Assembly (NCBI GenBank): GCA_010015585.1
Contig: ML975155.1
Source: Eremomyces bilateralis CBS 781.70
Taxonomy: Eukaryota
Length of the DNA: 64,000 nt
Direction: 5' to 3' (one strand)
This document shows positions 61,635 through 64,000 of the stretch, one piece after another. A program made the position numbers and the translations under genes. Position 1 is the first letter of the stretch. Each line of letters begins with the position of its first letter. Below the pieces are notes generated by a model. It was given only the letters and a program-made list of their open reading frames with translations, did no database searches and was not told where the DNA came from.

Positions 61635-64000
61635 TCAATGTCCTTCGCCGTCTCTCCCTCGTCGTCCGGCCTCATGCACCTCCTTTCGCAATTCGAATAA
61701 GAGATCGTCAACCTCTCTCTCCTCCTTTCCCACGAACGCCAGCTTCTTGCAATCCTCCAGTACCCCTCTTAATTTCTCCATCATGCTACGCGGAGTACGT
61801 ATGGTCCGCAAGGGCTGAGTCTCCGTAACATCCTCTTGGGTATTGTTCTCCCCCTCCTCATGCTCCATATCTTCTAGCTTCCGCTTTCCTTTCGACTCCC
61901 TCTGAGAAGGAGTCGTCGGCACAGATATGCTGTCGACTGGATCTTGAGAGTTCTGGGGGTCCTGGGAGTTCCTGAAACTGCGGAATGGACTGAGGCTGCT
62001 CAGGGCGTCGAAGCTGGCTCGCATTAGAGATCGCATCGGTTGACTTGGCGTCTCCGTCTGGGATGGCTTCGGGAATATTGGTGCCACATCTCCGTGAGAG
62101 GTAAGGCCCTTGATGCCAGAGTTCGGCTTCGACTTCGGCGGTGATAAGCGCTCTTTATCGCCTAAACCGTTCTTTGGAAGGGCACCAGTCTTCTTCTCCG
62201 GCGTCAGTGGGAAACGACGGAGGAAAAATGCATCGTCTTGCTTGAGTTGAACTCCATTATCGGGCGGAGGTTTCGAGATGGCATCTGTAAGAGAACGATC
62301 CACTCGTTGTCGCTTGTGTCGAGGCGCATTATGTTCTAGGTCATCAGGCTCTCCGGTCTCCGTTGGGACATTGACTGCCTTGGGACTGATCCTTGTGCGA
62401 TCAGGCCGATAGAAAGAGGTATCGATATCGAGTGGACCTGCGGATCGAGTTCGGCGTGCGCTGGATTCTTCCCCTCGACGTACTATCTCCTCGCTGTGGG
62501 CGCTGCCCCAATTCCTGACCTTGCCATTTGTTGCAAGTTGGCGAGTCGGGATATCCTGTGACTCAGATCTCGAGGATGGCAGTTTGGCGCTCGATCTATG
62601 AACCGGCTCCGCCGACAGATAGCCCGTTTCGGTTGACGGTATCACAACTTCGCTGCCTTCATCTGCGAGTTCTTTCTTTTCTGAAACGCCCTGCTCCTTA
62701 GCAAGCTGAAATCCCTTGGAAGCCAACCAGTGAAGTGTAGGCTTGCTGTGAGCCACAGTACTGATAAAGGTGTTGGGACGCTTTTGCATTGGATGGGCAG
62801 TGTGCTGATCCAAATGCTGTCGTTTGGCAGAGGGTTTATCAAAGACGTTGTCGTCCGGATTGCGCTTTCGTGACAAAACTTGGACAACCACCTCTGCCTG
62901 TCTTTTGAAGGTCTGACCATTCGACCCTTCATCGTTGGCAGCACCATCCGAACTTGGAAATGAGTTCTCAACACGGCTAACATCTGCTTCGTCGGACTGG
63001 ATGTTCCCGTGTACAGGCTGTGGGTGCGGACAACCATGCGTTGTATCATTCTTCTTCAAGTCTGTGCATGGTACTTGGACATGATTTGTGTCGGACAACT
63101 TTGGAACCTCGCTGGTGCCGTCATGCTGTGGAGTTTGCAACTGTCGCTCTTTCTGCCTTGTTGCCAACGTCTTGCCTTTTATGAAAGTCTCTGAAGGTCC
63201 ATTCCTGCTGTCTGCGCGTAGAGTCCTGGTATCCTCGTCGAGTTCCAGGGCACCACCGTCTAAGTTGGACCCATTGTCAGTGGGCGTAACCTTGGCATGG
63301 GTGCTGGCCATGAGATCAGCCGGTCGGCCGAGACCGAGAATGCTGGAGGAGAGACTCGTTTCCTCGACTTCGAGTTCTCGGCGCCAGCTTTCAGCAGCTT
63401 CCCAGGCTAGCTGCGACGCGGGAGATTCAAGATTAGTCGATGCGGGTCCAGGGGTATCGACATGGCTGGATTGTTTGGTAATAAGGGAAGGGTCGGATTC
63501 AGTCATCGATATCTCCGCAGTAGCACCCGATGCAAATGAGCATAAGACTGTTGACCCCTCAGCCTGGCATTCCACTACCTCTTGAGTGCCCGTTTCCTTG
63601 GCTTGTTCCATCCCCACTAGCGACACAGGGCGGGTGTTGCCCATGGTTTCTTTAGCTGCTTCTGCGGTCGGGTTGGGTTGCTCCAGACTATCGTGATGGT
63701 GGGTCATATGGGCAAGACCGAGAGCCAACTTCGAGACCTCACAGCCGTCACTTGTATCGGTAGTTTCTGTTGCCTTGCGATCCGTGGAATGGGCTTCAGG
63801 CTCTTGCGCCTCCTCTTCCAGATTGTTCCCATCCGTTTCTGCAGGGATAACTTCCATGATCCTCTCAAGTTCGGGATCCTCAACCTCTGGAGGGGAGGAT
63901 GGTATATCCTCATCAAAGTCCGGATCTTCATGCGATTGATGCCTCATTGCTTCTCTCCTCTTCATTGCAGAACCAGGTGTTGGAGATGAACTCAGATAAT
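61635..64000 (-). CDS. 3' part of a large protein with a long disordered region, probably Rif1; 5' end lies outside the window
   Basis: Open frame of at least 776 aa, mostly low-complexity. It ends in a helical motif MEKLRGVLEDCKK..EREVDDLLFELRKEVHEAGRR, recalled from the C-termini of filamentous-fungal Rif1. Confidence 0.6.
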   Translation of the reverse strand, partial: YLSSSPTPGSAMKRREAMRHQSHEDPDFDEDIPSSPPEVEDPELERIMEVIPAETDGNNLEEEAQEPEAHSTDRKATETTDTSDGCEVSKLALGLAHMTHHHDSLEQPNPTAEAAKETMGNTRPVSLVGMEQAKETGTQEVVECQAEGSTVLCSFASGATAEISMTESDPSLITKQSSHVDTPGPASTNLESPASQLAWEAAESWRRELEVEETSLSSSILGLGRPADLMASTHAKVTPTDNGSNLDGGALELDEDTRTLRADSRNGPSETFIKGKTLATRQKERQLQTPQHDGTSEVPKLSDTNHVQVPCTDLKKNDTTHGCPHPQPVHGNIQSDEADVSRVENSFPSSDGAANDEGSNGQTFKRQAEVVVQVLSRKRNPDDNVFDKPSAKRQHLDQHTAHPMQKRPNTFISTVAHSKPTLHWLASKGFQLAKEQGVSEKKELADEGSEVVIPSTETGYLSAEPVHRSSAKLPSSRSESQDIPTRQLATNGKVRNWGSAHSEEIVRRGEESSARRTRSAGPLDIDTSFYRPDRTRISPKAVNVPTETGEPDDLEHNAPRHKRQRVDRSLTDAISKPPPDNGVQLKQDDAFFLRRFPLTPEKKTGALPKNGLGDKERLSPPKSKPNSGIKGLTSHGDVAPIFPKPSQTETPSQPMRSLMRASFDALSSLSPFRSFRNSQDPQNSQDPVDSISVPTTPSQRESKGKRKLEDMEHEEGENNTQEDVTETQPLRTIRTPRSMMEKLRGVLEDCKKLAFVGKEEREVDDLLFELRKEVHEAGRRGRDGEGH

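Overview
Gene-dense, intron-containing genomic DNA from a filamentous ascomycete (Pezizomycotina-type introns: GTRNGT donors, CTRAY branch points, YAG acceptors). The species cannot be determined from this window. About 22 mostly housekeeping genes are present: a partial DUF2433-like metallophosphoesterase, importin beta-4 (Kap123), a nucleotide-sugar transporter, an AtrF-like PDR ABC transporter, PEP carboxykinase, Pan2, a class III sirtuin, Icp55, Dbf4, Atg12, PanB/Ecm31, Ubc8, a YANK-type AGC kinase, an SDR, Rad4, a thiol/halide methyltransferase, a UBE2O-like E2, Vma6, a TPR/unknown-domain protein, a Hub1-domain protein, glucose-6-phosphate 1-epimerase and the 3' part of a Rif1-like gene. 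No biosynthetic cluster or CRISPR is seen. The most notable signals are invisible to the ORF track: a 1-nt exon plus 3-nt and 8-nt microexons in UBC8, an intronic box C/D snoRNA (snR71-like) in KAP123, a Hub1 domain fused to an RS/RD-rich region, a GC-AG intron in RAD4, a decayed HET-domain fragment, an internally deleted Tc1/mariner relic, and candidate AcuK/AcuM and AtrR binding sites. All family assignments come from motif recognition by eye; no database searches were run.
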